A stretch of DNA of 64,000 nt from Pseudomonadales bacterium (GTDB lineage Bacteria; Pseudomonadota; Gammaproteobacteria; Pseudomonadales; JAHRWD01). The notes under the pieces were generated by a model. The model was not told the DNA's origin. It made no database searches and saw nothing but the letters and a program-made list of their open reading frames with translations. Shown here in pieces: positions 32,451 to 44,449 of the stretch; the stretch's first letter is position 1; the number at the start of each line of letters is the position of its first letter. A program made the translations under genes and the position numbers. The stretch lies in contig JARGPR010000008.1 in NCBI GenBank assembly GCA_029210125.1, forward strand, positions 56,635-120,634, written 5' to 3'.

Positions 32451-33899
32451 ATGCATAACAAAACCCTCTCAGAGATATCCAGCGGGCTCAGAAATGGCGA
32501 TTTCAGCAGCGAAGAGATCACCCGCCACTTCCTGAACCGAATAAATCAGCTGGATCCGCAGTTCAACAGTTTTATCGCGGTCACCGAAGAGCAGGCAATT
32601 CAGCAAGCCAGACAAGCGGACAAGATGATTTCAGCGGGTGAAACACAGGCTCTGCTGGGCGTCCCTTTTGCCCACAAAGATATTTTTTGCACGGAGGGTG
32701 TACTGACCACCTCGGGCTCAAAAATGCTCGAAAATTTTATTTCACCCTACGATTCAACAGTGGCAGCCAATCTAAAACGCGCTGGAGCCGTAAACCTCGG
32801 CAAAACCAATATGGATGAGTTTGCGATGGGCTCATCCAATGAGACCAGCTTTTTTGGCCCGGTCAAGAATCCCTGGGATGTGACCCGGGTTCCAGGTGGT
32901 TCCTCCGGTGGTTCGGCAGCGGCTGTAGCAGCGCGCCTTGCTCCCGCTGCCACCGCTACGGATACGGGCGGCTCGATTCGCCAGCCCGCTTCACTATGCG
33001 GTGTGACAGGCCTTAAACCGACCTACGGGCGGATATCACGCTGGGGTATGATCGCATTCGCTTCAAGTCTTGATCAGGCCGGTCCAATCACACAAACCGC
33101 CGAGGATGCAGCACTTATGCTCAACTCAATGGCGGGATTTGATCCAAAGGACTCTACCAGTGTCGACCAACCGGTCCCGGACTATAGAGCCAACCTGAAC
33201 GATTCACTCAAGGGATTAACCATTGGCTTGCCAAAGGAGTATTTCGCATCGGGGTTAGATCCAAAACTGGAAAACATCATTCAGGAAGCGATTTCTGAAT
33301 ACCAGCGACTCGGCGCAACGGTTAAAGAGGTCAGCCTGCCAAACAGTTCACTATCGGTACCGGTCTATTATGTAATTGCTCCGGCGGAATGCTCTACTAA
33401 TCTGTCACGTTTCGATGGAGTCCGATACGGCTACCGTTGCGCGGAGCCAATCAACCTTGAAGATATGTATACCCGAACCCGCTCAGAAGGGTTTGGCGAC
33501 GAAGTCAAAAGACGAATCCTGATTGGAACCTACGTGCTCTCCTCCGGATTTTACGATGCCTACTACATACAAGCTCAAAAGACCCGACGGTTAATCCAGC
33601 AGGATTTTGTTAACGCCTTTGAGCAGGTCGATGTACTAATGGCGCCAACCTCCCCATCCCCGGCATTTAAGTTTGACGAGAAAACCGCCGATCCACTCAC
33701 CATGTACCTGGAAGATATCTACACCATTGGCGTAAACCTTGCGGGTCTACCCGGCATTTCAATACCTGCGGGGCAACTTGACGGGCTACCCGTTGGCCTC
33801 CAAATCATCGGCAATTATTTTTCCGAATCGAAGCTCCTAAACGTTGCACACCAGTACCAGCAGGTAACGGGATGGCACAAAGCTCAACCAATAGATTAG
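32451..33899 (+). CDS. gatA: Asp/Glu-tRNA amidotransferase subunit A
   Basis: Amidase signature [21 protein letters not shown]. Confidence 0.98.
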   Translation: MHNKTLSEISSGLRNGDFSSEEITRHFLNRINQLDPQFNSFIAVTEEQAIQQARQADKMISAGETQALLGVPFAHKDIFCTEGVLTTSGSKMLENFISPYDSTVAANLKRAGAVNLGKTNMDEFAMGSSNETSFFGPVKNPWDVTRVPGGSSGGSAAAVAARLAPAATATDTGGSIRQPASLCGVTGLKPTYGRISRWGMIAFASSLDQAGPITQTAEDAALMLNSMAGFDPKDSTSVDQPVPDYRANLNDSLKGLTIGLPKEYFASGLDPKLENIIQEAISEYQRLGATVKEVSLPNSSLSVPVYYVIAPAECSTNLSRFDGVRYGYRCAEPINLEDMYTRTRSEGFGDEVKRRILIGTYVLSSGFYDAYYIQAQKTRRLIQQDFVNAFEQVDVLMAPTSPSPAFKFDEKTADPLTMYLEDIYTIGVNLAGLPGISIPAGQLDGLPVGLQIIGNYFSESKLLNVAHQYQQVTGWHKAQPID

Positions 33900-33991
33900 T
33901 CAAACCAAAAAGTGCGTTGAGATCATCGTAAGTAACTCAACGCCAGTCACTCTTTTTTAGATAACAGACCAAACTGAAGGCAATAAACAAG

Positions 33992-35425
33992 ATGGAATGG
34001 GAAACTGTAATCGGGCTCGAAATACACGCCCAACTCGCAACTGAGTCAAAAATATTCTCCGGCTCCAGTACCACCTTCGGTGCAGAGGCTAATACTCAGG
34101 CTAGCCTGGTTGACCTGGCGCTGCCCGGAGTACTTCCGGTATTTAACGAACAAGCATTAAAGCTCGCTGTAATATTTGGCCTTGGGATTGGTGCCAAAAT
34201 TCACAAAAAGTCAGTATTTGATCGTAAAAACTATTTTTATCCCGATCTACCCAAAGGCTATCAAATCAGCCAGCTTCATCACCCCATCGTCGGTGAAGGT
34301 CATGTTGATATCACTCTCAGTGATGGCACAGTCAAGCGTGTTGGCGTTACCCGCGCCCACTTAGAGGAGGATGCTGGAAAATCCCTGCATGAGGATTTTC
34401 ACGGTTCGACCGGCATTGACCTCAACCGAGCCGGCACACCGTTGCTGGAAATCGTTTCCGAACCAGACCTACGCTCCGCTGAAGAGGCCGTTGCCTACCT
34501 AAAGAAAATTCACACTCTGATCCGCTATCTTGGGATCTCTGATGGCAACATGGCCGAAGGTTCAATGCGTTGCGATATCAATATTTCAATGCGCCCGATG
34601 GGCCAGGAGACACTGGGTACACGGGCTGAAATAAAAAACGTCAACTCTTTCCGGTTTGTCGAGAAAGCAATTGTCCACGAAATGGAACGACAGATCGATA
34701 TACTTGAAGATGGCGGCAGCGTCGTGCAGGAAACTCGTCTTTATGACTCTGAGCTCGATGAAACCCGTTCAATGCGCAGCAAAGAAGTCGCAATGGATTA
34801 CCGCTATTTTCCGGAACCCGATCTACTACCGATCATTATCGATGATGAGTACATTGAAGCACTACGCGCAAATTTGCCCGAACTTCCCGACCAGAAAAAA
34901 CAACGTTTTACAGATCAGTACAATCTCAGTAGCAGCGATGCCGAACAACTTGCCGGCAGCCTGGAACTTGGTCGCTATTTCGAAGAAGTGGTTCAAATTT
35001 CAGGAGCTGCGAAACTCTCGGCAAACTGGATCATCGTTGAACTTAGTGGGCAACTCAATAAAAATGAACTCGATATTGGCGACTCACCTGTAACCGCTCA
35101 ACAACTCGGCGAGCTGGTTTTGAGAATTCAGGACAACACCATTTCCGGAAAAATAGCCAAAATAGTATTCCAGGAAATATGGAATGGTAAAGGCAGCGCC
35201 GACCAGATTATTGAGTCGCAAGGGCTGAAACAGGTTACCGATAGCGGCGCCATAGAGACGTTGGTTGACGAGGTGATTGCGGCCAATCCATCCCAGGTCG
35301 AGCAGTACCTAGCTGGAAAGGAAAAAATGCTGGGGTTCTTTGTGGGCCAGATCATGAAGGCATCTAAGGGCAAAGCCAACCCCGGCCAGGTGAACGAAAT
35401 ATTAAAAGGCAAACTAAAACAATAA
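33992..35425 (+). CDS. gatB: Asp/Glu-tRNA amidotransferase subunit B
   Basis: [34 protein letters not shown]. Confidence 0.98.
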   Translation: MEWETVIGLEIHAQLATESKIFSGSSTTFGAEANTQASLVDLALPGVLPVFNEQALKLAVIFGLGIGAKIHKKSVFDRKNYFYPDLPKGYQISQLHHPIVGEGHVDITLSDGTVKRVGVTRAHLEEDAGKSLHEDFHGSTGIDLNRAGTPLLEIVSEPDLRSAEEAVAYLKKIHTLIRYLGISDGNMAEGSMRCDINISMRPMGQETLGTRAEIKNVNSFRFVEKAIVHEMERQIDILEDGGSVVQETRLYDSELDETRSMRSKEVAMDYRYFPEPDLLPIIIDDEYIEALRANLPELPDQKKQRFTDQYNLSSSDAEQLAGSLELGRYFEEVVQISGAAKLSANWIIVELSGQLNKNELDIGDSPVTAQQLGELVLRIQDNTISGKIAKIVFQEIWNGKGSADQIIESQGLKQVTDSGAIETLVDEVIAANPSQVEQYLAGKEKMLGFFVGQIMKASKGKANPGQVNEILKGKLKQ

Positions 35426-35640
35426 GGTTTTTGTCCGGCAAGCTACTAAAGTCTAGTGTGCGTCATCAAACTGGCTTGCCGAACCCTTACAATATTTTGA
35501 CTTGCGAACATTTCCCTTCTACCACGACTCTCGCTAAAGCAGCACCTCGGTGGCGCTGTCAATACTAGACAATTTCTCAATGCTAATATCGCAACTGGTT
35601 TTTCAGCATGGTAGATGCAAACTGACATTTTTATATGTTT

Positions 35641-35838
35641 TTAGTGGTATTTGGATGTCAGCCCTTCAATCAAATCACGCTGGGATTCAATAGCCTCTAT
35701 CAAAAATTCACGGCATACCCGCACCCGGGCGTTGGATCTTAAATCCACATGACTTAGCACCCAGACACCTCAGGTTGAAGGCGTTAATGTCACATCAATA
35801 CGACGCAGTCCTGGTTCAGTATCAGCGATATAGCATGC
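35641..35838 (-). pseudogene. C-terminal remnant of a LysR-family regulator
   Basis: Manual translation CYIADTEPGLRRIDVTLTPST*GVWVLSHVDLRSNARVRVCREFLIEAIE..; in-frame TGA at 35770-35772; no HTH upstream. Confidence 0.7.
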
Positions 35839-35874
35839 GACTTTGATCAAAAACAAGCCCTTTTCCTGCAACTA

Positions 35875-36330
35875 ATGATTCATTTGCCATTTCTGATCGT
35901 TGCGAACCATGGTGTTTACTATCGTCATCATTTTTCTCATGCAGGCGGTGATAGCTACTTCGTACCCGGTCAACCTGATCCAATCCACACCCACGCGGCA
36001 TCCTCAATCGGTTACGTTGCGAAGGGTAATATTTTTTATCAGGTAGAGGGAGAGGGAGAAACCAATGAACCAGCCGGACAACGCATACTTCAGTTCAATA
36101 ACGCTTCTGCAACCGAAGAGGCTATTTTTGTCGACTTTAATATCCAGCAGGACGGCAAGCCATTTATTGTTTTCGAAAACGAACCGACTGAGCATATTGA
36201 CCGTCGTTCGTTACCCACAGTAGAACTCGCGGGCGAGCCAGTTGGTACTGATGTTACCTGCCCTATTGCAGCAGGTAGCATCAATTCAAATAGATACAGA
36301 CCAGCCCACTCATTTCACTACCCAACCTGA
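35875..36330 (+). pseudogene. Degenerate cupin-domain gene
   Basis: PGQPDPIHTH..GYVAKGNIFYQVEGE..EPAG..FNNAS cupin-like motifs, with the segment between the motifs apparently shortened. Confidence 0.5.
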
Positions 36331-36445
36331 ACTGTTTGCAGGAGCAATGACGTTACTTTCAGTTCTAGCCAGATTTCCGCACCACGCCCATTGGCAGACT
36401 TAAGCCATTGATAAAAATGAGCCGATTGTGTTGACCGGGTGTGCT

Positions 36446-37336
36446 CTAGCGGCTGTGTGCCTGCAGCGCTTCAATTCGTTTCTCCAGGGGTGGGTGACTA
36501 GCGAACAGAGCCATCAAGCCTTCGCGTACTCCTTGATTAATACCAAAGGCGGTCATACTGTCGGGTAGTTGATTGGGCATATCTTGTTCTTGTTGTAGGC
36601 GTCGAAGGGCATTGATCATGGCGTTTCGCCCCGCCAAGTTTGCAGCACCGGCATCGGCGCGAAACTCCCGATAACGGGAAAACCACATAACTATGGTTGA
36701 GGCCAGGATACCAAGCACAATCTCCGCAACAAAGGTAACAACATAAAAACCGATCCCGTGGCCGCGCTCCTGTTTAAATACCGCACGATCAACGATGCTG
36801 CCGATAATACGCGCGAAGAACATAACAAAGGTGTTAATCACACCCTGTATCAGCGCCAGAGTCACCATATCTCCATTGCTGACATGGGCGATCTCGTGGG
36901 CCAGCACCGCTCTGACCTCATCTTTATTCATTCGCTGTAACAAACCCGCGCTAACAGCCACTAGAGCGTTGTTACGATTCCAGCCAGTAGCAAACGCGTT
37001 ACTTTGCTGTGCGGGAAAAATTCCAACATCCGGCATACCAATATCGGCCTTTTGAGCCAGCTCAGAAACCGTTGAGAGTAACCAACGTTCGGTTTCATTA
37101 GCGGGTTGATCAATGATCTCAACCCGTGTCGACCACTTGGCAATGGTTTTGGACAAAAACAGTGAAATGATCGAACCGCTCATCCCAAACACGCCGCAAA
37201 AAATCAGCAGGCTGGTGAGGTTAAGCTGGCTGCCGGTTTGATCAAAATAGGAATCTACACCCAGGATATTTAGGGTGATACTGGCGAGCAGTATCACTGC
37301 CAGGTTAGTGGCTAGAAACAAGCCGATGCGTAACAT
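36446..37336 (-). CDS. htpX: Protease HtpX
   Basis: NAFATG, HEIAH zinc motif, [15 protein letters not shown]. Confidence 0.97.
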   Translation of the reverse strand: MLRIGLFLATNLAVILLASITLNILGVDSYFDQTGSQLNLTSLLIFCGVFGMSGSIISLFLSKTIAKWSTRVEIIDQPANETERWLLSTVSELAQKADIGMPDVGIFPAQQSNAFATGWNRNNALVAVSAGLLQRMNKDEVRAVLAHEIAHVSNGDMVTLALIQGVINTFVMFFARIIGSIVDRAVFKQERGHGIGFYVVTFVAEIVLGILASTIVMWFSRYREFRADAGAANLAGRNAMINALRRLQQEQDMPNQLPDSMTAFGINQGVREGLMALFASHPPLEKRIEALQAHSR

Positions 37337-37403
37337 AAAAATGCTTCCTTATCGTTGGTTTAAAATCAAGATCGTGGGTAGGTTGATAAGCTTCGTATGT
37401 AGT

Positions 37404-37431
37404 ATATGGGGATATCGACAGTTTTTTTAAA
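37404..37431 (-). promoter_or_regulatory. Putative sigma32 promoter of htpX
   Basis: TTTAAAA-13 bp-CCCCATAT; consensus -10, imperfect -35; htpX is a known heat-shock gene. Confidence 0.6.
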
Positions 37432-38406
37432 TAGGCGACTCACCTCTTGGCTAGAGAAATATCCGCAAACTTGATATGGACACGTCAGAGGTTCCAGCAG
37501 CTCATTCAGCACATTGCCGTTAAAGAGCCTGATTTAATTTTGATTGGGTTGGTAACCTGATGAGTAAACAGATTACCTCAGACTGCGGTTTTTGGAATTT
37601 TTATACAGCCTCAACACCAGCAATAACTGGCTCTTGGTTAGCTACTTGTTTTCACCGCCTTCGTTAGATGATGAAATGCTCGAAGAGTCAATTGTTTTAC
37701 CCACAGCTTCCGAGCCTTCTTTAAATATGTGTACGGAGAACAGGGTAGTTTAGGTATTGTTTGAGCCGTTGCTGCAGGCTATTAAGCCGATTTAGCGCTT
37801 CGAATATTTAAATCTCCGCTACTATTTTCTTCGTTCGCATGAATTGCTCTAGCTCGAAGTTATGTTGCTTTTGATATATTTCACTCTCCATGCACCCTCC
37901 GCGCAAGCCATGGCTACATCTAAACTCAACAGTCTCTTCCAGACCCTTCCCTGGCTTTAAACTTAAACACAGGAAAGAAGTGGGTACTGCGCTTTTTTGA
38001 GTTGTGATTCCTCACTTTCCGCGATACGGCTAGCAAGCCGGCGGAATGGCTTTATCCATCATAGTTGGGATAACCACTAACAAGATCGTGGTAAAATCGA
38101 TTTTTCGTCGGTACCAGAAGTCATAGGCTCTACTTAGACTCTACTATAGCGGGGGCGTTATCGGGCCAGTGATATGCAGTGTAAAACTACAAGGTTGGAG
38201 AAATCCAAAATTTGATAACAGCTACCGATCAAACGAGGACACTCATCTATCAGAAATATCAAAATCCAAGACTAATATGCTGCTGGAATTTTCAACGCAG
38301 TCTATTGGTGAGGGGGGGGGGGGAATGGGTTTTTACACCCATTTTTTGGCTGAGTTCTACACGACGCCAAGCTTCACTTGCAAGATATTTCGCAAAAAAA
38401 GGAAAA

Positions 38407-38482
<76 letters not shown>

Positions 38483-38533
38483 TCTTTCCTTTTCGAAAAA
38501 GCTAACAGCTCTTTCTAAAACCTGCAGTCAAAA

Positions 38534-38609
38534 TGGCGTCCCCTAGGGGACTCGAACCCCTGTTACCGCCGTGAAAGGGCGGTGTCCTAGGCCACTAGAC
38601 GAAGGGGAC
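38534..38609 (-). tRNA. tRNA-Glu (TTC)
   Basis: GTCCCCTTCGTCTAGTGGCCTAGGAC..CTTTCAC..GGTTCGAGTCCCCTAGGGGACGCCA; 76 nt. Confidence 0.98.
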
Positions 38610-38639
38610 AAATCTCGTGATTCATCAAAACAGGCGCGC

Positions 38640-38668
38640 ATTTTAGGGGGCTTAAGCCCACGAGTCAA
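38640..38668 (-). promoter_or_regulatory. sigma70 promoter of the tRNA-Glu/Gly pair
   Basis: TTGACT-17 bp-TAAAAT plus GCGCGCC discriminator. Confidence 0.8.
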
Positions 38669-38799
38669 GAGCACTTATGAATTTATAGTAATAGTTCACA
38701 CTTTTATAAAAAGAACTATCCCAATACCTGCGCAGTATGTTTTTTATCCTAGACTTTGGTAGCAGTTTATTAGCTTTCTCTGACTTGGTAATACGCGAT

Positions 38800-39570
38800 A
38801 TGTCATCTATCGAATTTGTAACGTCTCTCATTTTTTCTATCGTAGGTTTGCTAGCGATCACTTTCATTAGCAAATCGGTAGAGCTCAATAAACAGCGCAA
38901 ACGCGATGAAGCAAAAATGCTAGAGCACAACCTAGAGTTTATCGATGAAATCATCAGTGCATTGCCAGCCGGCTTGCTAGATAATTCTATATCGTCTTTC
39001 TTGCAGCAGATGCGCCAAAACTACCTAAGCAAAATATCGCAAACCGAAATTGGAACACCAAGCAAGGCAATACCTGGAAATAGCTCCTCCAAGCTTCCAG
39101 AGGACCCAAGAAAGCTACTGGATATTTCCAAAACCCTTAAATCTCTTAACAAATATCTGATGCAGTGCGAACAATTGGGAACCCTACCAAGGGCGACTCA
39201 CATCACCTACCAACAGAGCCTCGGCAAATCCGCCAGCCGACTCAAAGTACAACAACATTGGCTGCAAGCAAACAAAGCGCTGACGGAAAAAAACTCTGAA
39301 TATGCTCTGCACAACTACGCAATGTGCCTGCAACAGCTAAGCCGTCATAAACGTACGGTTGCGGATCAGCAAATGATGGACAAAATTCAACAAAAAATTA
39401 GTGCGATCAAAAATTGCTCAACCGAGACAATCAACGAAACCACCTCTACGGGATCTGCTGAAAAAACAACCTCAACCGTTTCAGCTATCAATAAATCAAC
39501 CGAAGCAGCCAGGGAAAAATCTGGCCAAGATTGGGGCGATGGCTGGAAAAAGAAAGCTATCTACGACTAA
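38800..39570 (+). CDS. Hypothetical N-terminally membrane-anchored helical protein (ORF track start 38737)
   Basis: Long ORF; one TM (FVTSLIFSIVGLLAITFI), helical body, C-terminal DWGDGWKKKAIYD. Confidence 0.7.
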   Translation: MSSIEFVTSLIFSIVGLLAITFISKSVELNKQRKRDEAKMLEHNLEFIDEIISALPAGLLDNSISSFLQQMRQNYLSKISQTEIGTPSKAIPGNSSSKLPEDPRKLLDISKTLKSLNKYLMQCEQLGTLPRATHITYQQSLGKSASRLKVQQHWLQANKALTEKNSEYALHNYAMCLQQLSRHKRTVADQQMMDKIQQKISAIKNCSTETINETTSTGSAEKTTSTVSAINKSTEAAREKSGQDWGDGWKKKAIYD

Positions 39571-39803
39571 CCACCCGCATACCAATCATAGCTAACTAAA
39601 AGAGCATTACCCTCCTCTTGTTTTGCTTAGAACTCCATGCCTAGTTGAGTTCGGTTCGATAATCCCGCAGTATTAAACCAGTGCTGCGATCAACAACCTT
39701 CCAAAAATAAGAAATCAAGCCGCACAGATCCAATCGGCTCTCGCTGCGGCATACTCACCGTAAATCCATGAATCATCAGAAGCCCAAATAAACACACTCT
39801 ACT

Positions 39804-40577
39804 GTGGAAATCATCACCATGACTCAACTTTTCAAGTTATCTATTGAGGGCCCTATTGCCAGAATCACCCTTGATGGCGCCGAAACACACAACCGTCTTC
39901 CGGCCGACCAGCTACCCTACTTCAAACAGATGCTGACAGATATTGAAGCAAACCCTTCGCTTCGTGCATTGGTGATCACCGGCGCCGGCACCAAAACCTT
40001 CTGTGCTGGCTACCATATCGGAAATATAGACTCCTCTCCCGGTGAAAAAATTGATCTCGGGGAGTTGTTGGGGCAATTGGAACGGCTACCTATACCCACC
40101 ATTGCTATGCTTAACGGGTCAGTTTATGGCGGCGGTGTAGATCTTTCACTAGCCTGTGACTTCAGGATTGGAGTTGACCCACTAACGGTTCAAATACCTG
40201 CCGCCAAACTCGGTGTGCACTACTATCTGAGCGGACTACATCGGGCTGTTGAACATTTCGGGCTGAATATTGCAAAACGGATGTTACTACTTGCGGAGCC
40301 AATGAATGCCGAGCAACTGACCGCGTGCGGCTATCTCGACTACTGCGTTCCGCGGGATGAACTGGAGAACAAAACCGCCGAAATTTGCGCCCGGATCACC
40401 GAGTACGCTCCTATTGCTGTTTCAGGCATGAAACTAGCGCTGAATGAAGTAGCCCGAGGCACAGTGGACGTTGAACGACTCAATGGGCATGCTGCAAAAG
40501 CGGCCCGGTCGGAGGATCTCAAAGAGGGTACACGAGCTTTCCTGGAAAAAAGAAAACCTGTTTTCCAAGGGAAATAA
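39804..40577 (+). CDS. Enoyl-CoA hydratase/isomerase family protein
   Basis: FCAG, NGSVYGGG..LACDFRI, EGTRAFLEKRKPVFQG. Confidence 0.92.
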   Translation: MEIITMTQLFKLSIEGPIARITLDGAETHNRLPADQLPYFKQMLTDIEANPSLRALVITGAGTKTFCAGYHIGNIDSSPGEKIDLGELLGQLERLPIPTIAMLNGSVYGGGVDLSLACDFRIGVDPLTVQIPAAKLGVHYYLSGLHRAVEHFGLNIAKRMLLLAEPMNAEQLTACGYLDYCVPRDELENKTAEICARITEYAPIAVSGMKLALNEVARGTVDVERLNGHAAKAARSEDLKEGTRAFLEKRKPVFQGK

Positions 40578-40598
40578 CCTACTGAAACTTATCGTTTT

Positions 40599-41663
40599 CT
40601 AGCTATTTAAAGAAGCGGAAAAATCCAGCATACGCTGCAACGGAATCATCGCTTTTGCTGACAAATCAAGATCAACCTGCACTTCGTTTAGATCATTTTC
40701 CAACGCATTTAGCAGGGTTTCCAGTGAGTTCATGCCCATCCATGGACAATGCGCGCAGCTGCGGCAGGTTGCGCCATTTCCAGCAGTTGGGGCTTCAATG
40801 AAGGTTTTATTGGGAGCCATCTGGTGCAGTTTATGGAATATGGCACGGTCGGTTGCGACGATAAATTCAGGATTATCCATGCCTTGAGCGGCATGAATAA
40901 TTTGGGTGGTGGACCCTACCATATCGGCTATTTTTAATACTTCCTTGGGTGATTCAGGATGCGCTAACAATGCTGCATCCGGGTAAACATGTTTGAGGTC
41001 CTGAAGACCTTTTAGCTTAAACTCTTCATGTACAATGCAGGCGCTGTCCCACAACAACATGTCCGCACCGGTTTGTTCCTGCAGATAACTGCCCAGATGT
41101 TTATCTGGAGCCCAAAGAATTTTTTCGCCGTTATCCATTAGGTGTTCGATCAGTTCAACCGCGATACTTGAGGTCACCACCCAGTCCGCACGAGCTTTAA
41201 CAGCGGCGGAGGTATTAGCATAAACAACAACGGTTCGATCGGGATGTTGGTCACAGAAAGCTGAAAAAGTATCTACCGGACAACCCAGATCCAGCGAACA
41301 GGTCGCATCCAGGGTAGGCATAAATACTCTTTTATTGGGTGAGAGAATCTTTGCGGTTTCACCCATAAACCGAACGCCTGCAACAATCAGGTTTTCAGCT
41401 GAATCATCACGTCCGAAACGCGCCATTTCCAACGAATCAGAAACGCATCCGCCGGTTTCATCCGCCAGTTCCTGAATAGCACTATCGGTATAGTAATGTG
41501 CGATCAGTCGGGTGTTTTTCTTTTCCAGCAGTTCTTTAATTCGGGTACGAACACCCTCAAGGTCATCGGGCTGGAGAACGCAACTCTGATTTGAAAAATC
41601 GAACAGCGACTCCTCTACCACATGGTTCTTCAGGAGCTGTTCGGTGATCATGGCACTAGACAT
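40599..41663 (-). CDS. nadA: Quinolinate synthase
   Basis: [36 protein letters not shown]. Confidence 0.97.
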   Translation of the reverse strand: MSSAMITEQLLKNHVVEESLFDFSNQSCVLQPDDLEGVRTRIKELLEKKNTRLIAHYYTDSAIQELADETGGCVSDSLEMARFGRDDSAENLIVAGVRFMGETAKILSPNKRVFMPTLDATCSLDLGCPVDTFSAFCDQHPDRTVVVYANTSAAVKARADWVVTSSIAVELIEHLMDNGEKILWAPDKHLGSYLQEQTGADMLLWDSACIVHEEFKLKGLQDLKHVYPDAALLAHPESPKEVLKIADMVGSTTQIIHAAQGMDNPEFIVATDRAIFHKLHQMAPNKTFIEAPTAGNGATCRSCAHCPWMGMNSLETLLNALENDLNEVQVDLDLSAKAMIPLQRMLDFSASLNS

Positions 41664-41752
41664 ATTGGGCTTGTATTAAAACTTGTATTGAAAAAAGGGG
41701 ATAGATTGTAACACAAGGGTCATCATTGATTGTTATATCACCGGCTACCCAA

Positions 41753-43627
41753 TCAGTTATCTAGCGCTTCTGCAATTTCATCTAAAACCACTGGATCGTC
41801 GATTGTACCTGGCGCACTGTAGGATTCGCCATTAGCAATACTCTTCATGGTCTTACGAAGGATTTTCCCGGAGCGGGTTTTAGGTAATCGTTTAACTACC
41901 ATCAATTGTTTAAAACAGGCGATTGGGCCAATATCGTTCCTGACCTTGGCGACCACTTCAGCCTGCAACTGCACCGGATTCAGCTCAACACCATCTTTTA
42001 ATACTGCAAAACCGATGGGTAACTCACCTTTGAGCGCATCATTCTGGGATATCACCGCACATTCCGCCACTGCGTCATGGCTGGCTATTACCTCCTCGAT
42101 TTCACCGGTTGATAGCCGATGACCCGCAACGTTTATAACATCATCAGTACGACCCATGATAAAAAGGTAACCCTCTTCATCAAAGTAACCACCATCACCG
42201 GTCAGGTAATAACCAGGGAATTCCGACATATACGATTCGATAAAACGCTGGTGATCACCCCAAAGTGTAGGCAAGCAAGCGGGTGGTAAAGGTCGTTTAA
42301 TCACCACTTGACCCTGTTTTCCTGTGGGTAGGCTTTTACCTGTCTCATCAACAATCTGCACATTAAACCCAGGCGATGGAAGGGTTGCAGAACCGGCTTT
42401 GGTCTCCTGTGGGCTAATACCCATTGGGTTTCCGGCAATTGCCCAGCCGGTTTCGGTTTGCCACCAGTGATCAATTACCGGAATATCACAAAGTTCTTTG
42501 AGCCAATAATAGGTAGGGGGATCTAAGCGCTCACCCGCCAGAAACAAATTGGTCATACTGGACAGGTCGTACTTCTGTTTGAGTGCCCCTTCTGGGTCTT
42601 CCTTTTTGATCGCCCTAAAGGCAGTGGGCGCAGCAAAGCAGGCTTTTACTTTGTGCTGTTCAATCACTCGCCAAAACGCACCCGCGTCTGGTGTTCGCAC
42701 TGGCTTGCCTTCGTACATCAGCGTGGTGCATCCGGCAAGCAGGGGCGCATAAATAATGTAGGAGTGACCCACCACCCAGCCGATATCGGAAGCAGCCCAA
42801 AATACCTCGCCAGGGTTAATATCATAAACCGCTTTCATGCTGTATTTGAGCGCAACCGCGTGGCCGCCATTATCCCGCACCACGCCTTTTGGTTTGCCTG
42901 TGGTGCCGGAGGTATAAAGAATATACAGCGGATCAGTGGCTTTTACGGGGACCGGATCAGCGGGTTTCGCACGGCTCGTGAGTGCTTGCCAATCCAGATC
43001 CTGGCCTTCAATCATCTCGGCCTTAAGCTGTGGCCGCTGCAAAATAACGCAGCGCTGAGGTGGGAACTCGGCGAGTTCCACCGCCTGATCAACCAGTGGT
43101 TTGTAGGGGATCACTTTATCTACTTCAATACCGTAGGAAGCGGCTAACAGTAGTTTTGGTTTGGCATCATCGATTCGGATCGCCAACTCACGCGCAGCAA
43201 AACCACCAAAAACAACCGAATGCACCGCACCCAAACGCGCACAGGCATACATAGCCACCAGTGCTTGCGGCACCATCGGCATATAGATGATAACGCGATC
43301 GCCTTTCCCTATCCCCTGCTCCCGCAGCACCCCAGCAAAACACGCTACTTGATCTCGCAATTCACGATAACTGTATTGCTCAACGGTATTCGTAACGGGG
43401 GAATCATAGATCAGTGCTGTTTGCTCAGCTCGACCATTTTCAACATGATAATCCAGCGCGAGGTAAGCGGTATTCAGCTCACCGTCGGCGAACCAACGGT
43501 CTGAACCCAGTTCATCAACACCCAGAATCGTAGATGGTTTTTTGTACCAGTCGATCTCCTCTGCTTGCTGTTTCCAAAATGTTTCGGGTTGCGCAATGGA
43601 TTGCTGATACCTGTCTGAATACTCCAT
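41753..43627 (-). CDS. prpE: Propionyl-CoA synthetase (acyl-CoA ligase)
   Basis: YTSGTTGKPKG, DIGWVVGHSY, DHWWQTETG, PKTRSGK; AGGA upstream of ATG 43627. Confidence 0.88.
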   Translation of the reverse strand: MEYSDRYQQSIAQPETFWKQQAEEIDWYKKPSTILGVDELGSDRWFADGELNTAYLALDYHVENGRAEQTALIYDSPVTNTVEQYSYRELRDQVACFAGVLREQGIGKGDRVIIYMPMVPQALVAMYACARLGAVHSVVFGGFAARELAIRIDDAKPKLLLAASYGIEVDKVIPYKPLVDQAVELAEFPPQRCVILQRPQLKAEMIEGQDLDWQALTSRAKPADPVPVKATDPLYILYTSGTTGKPKGVVRDNGGHAVALKYSMKAVYDINPGEVFWAASDIGWVVGHSYIIYAPLLAGCTTLMYEGKPVRTPDAGAFWRVIEQHKVKACFAAPTAFRAIKKEDPEGALKQKYDLSSMTNLFLAGERLDPPTYYWLKELCDIPVIDHWWQTETGWAIAGNPMGISPQETKAGSATLPSPGFNVQIVDETGKSLPTGKQGQVVIKRPLPPACLPTLWGDHQRFIESYMSEFPGYYLTGDGGYFDEEGYLFIMGRTDDVINVAGHRLSTGEIEEVIASHDAVAECAVISQNDALKGELPIGFAVLKDGVELNPVQLQAEVVAKVRNDIGPIACFKQLMVVKRLPKTRSGKILRKTMKSIANGESYSAPGTIDDPVVLDEIAEALDN

Positions 43628-44069
43628 TTTATTCCTTTTTTTATATGGCATGTTAACGAATTAAACCGCATTGAACGCTATCAATTTACCCAACCTGTCA
43701 AACAAAAGAAACCATCAAGTAGTCACATTCGATAGCTTTCTCAGCAATCAAGTGATCGTAACGCGCATCGCGTAAATGTTCTTAAAAAAACCAGTCCTTC
43801 TAAATCTACATTTGTTGATGTCATCATTCAATTTTGTCGTTTTCAAAAATTTGATTCCGTATCGTTAAATCGAATTTCTCCAAAACATCTGGTAATTTTC
43901 TTAGCTGCCCCTAGTGCCTAAATAAACCCTTAACCATTTCTATAGCAGTTTCTATTTTCGCTAAACACTCTTTTTTGGCGCAGAAAATACTCTACGTAAA
44001 ATAGGCTCGAAGGTTTCTAGCTCAAGCGCTGGATACTCAAGGCACGTTAGTTTCCTAAGCGTTCGGATC

Positions 44070-44106
44070 TGGTGCGAATTCCATCAAGGCGGTCTTCGTT
44101 GGTGCA
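44070..44106 (+). promoter_or_regulatory. Putative tandem NtrC-type enhancer half-sites
   Basis: TGGTGCG (44070) and TGGTGCA (44100), 30 bp apart and about 165-200 bp upstream of the sigma54 site; only the right halves match. Confidence 0.45.
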
Positions 44107-44269
44107 TCATGCTGTTCGTGGAAATAACGCGATCGGGATTACTAACTCCATATTTATCGTAAATGGTTTTGAAGTGCAACCTGACTCAATATATACCCCC
44201 TAACATTACTATTACCTGCAGCCATTTCTATTCATTTTCGAATCCACATCTACCCTTTATGTTTGTTAG

Positions 44270-44285
44270 TGGCATAGCTATTGCA
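44270..44285 (+). promoter_or_regulatory. sigma54 (-24/-12) promoter of urtA
   Basis: TGGCAT-AGCTA-TTGCA with exact GG-N10-GC spacing. Confidence 0.8.
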
Positions 44286-44449
44286 AGGCCTAAATAGATC
44301 ACGATCTACACGGCAAAAATAATAGTGTCACCACTTCAATTTCTGCTGTATCAGTGATTCGTTACTCTAGAACCGTCTTAACATAAATAGCCAATTCATC
44401 CCCCTCTAAAACCAATACATTTTCATGGGGTATGTCCAAGGGAGAAGTC

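Noticed and set aside
35770-35772. Selenocysteine or recoding at the in-frame TGA
   Set aside because: It lies in a 5'-truncated LysR fragment; a TGG-to-TGA nonsense change is simpler
37370-37530. Short minus-strand frame with AraC-like words (CGYFSSQEVSRLFKKT)
   Set aside because: Under 60 codons, overlaps the htpX promoter, and the resemblance is too weak to call
40599-41663. Functional link between nadA and the SIR2 cassette
   Set aside because: 14 kb apart; nadA is an ordinary housekeeping gene
43990-44065. Purine or guanidine riboswitch-like words (GGTTTCTAG, GGCACG..AGTTTC) upstream of urtA
   Set aside because: The required stems are not formed and the region lies upstream of the sigma54 promoter
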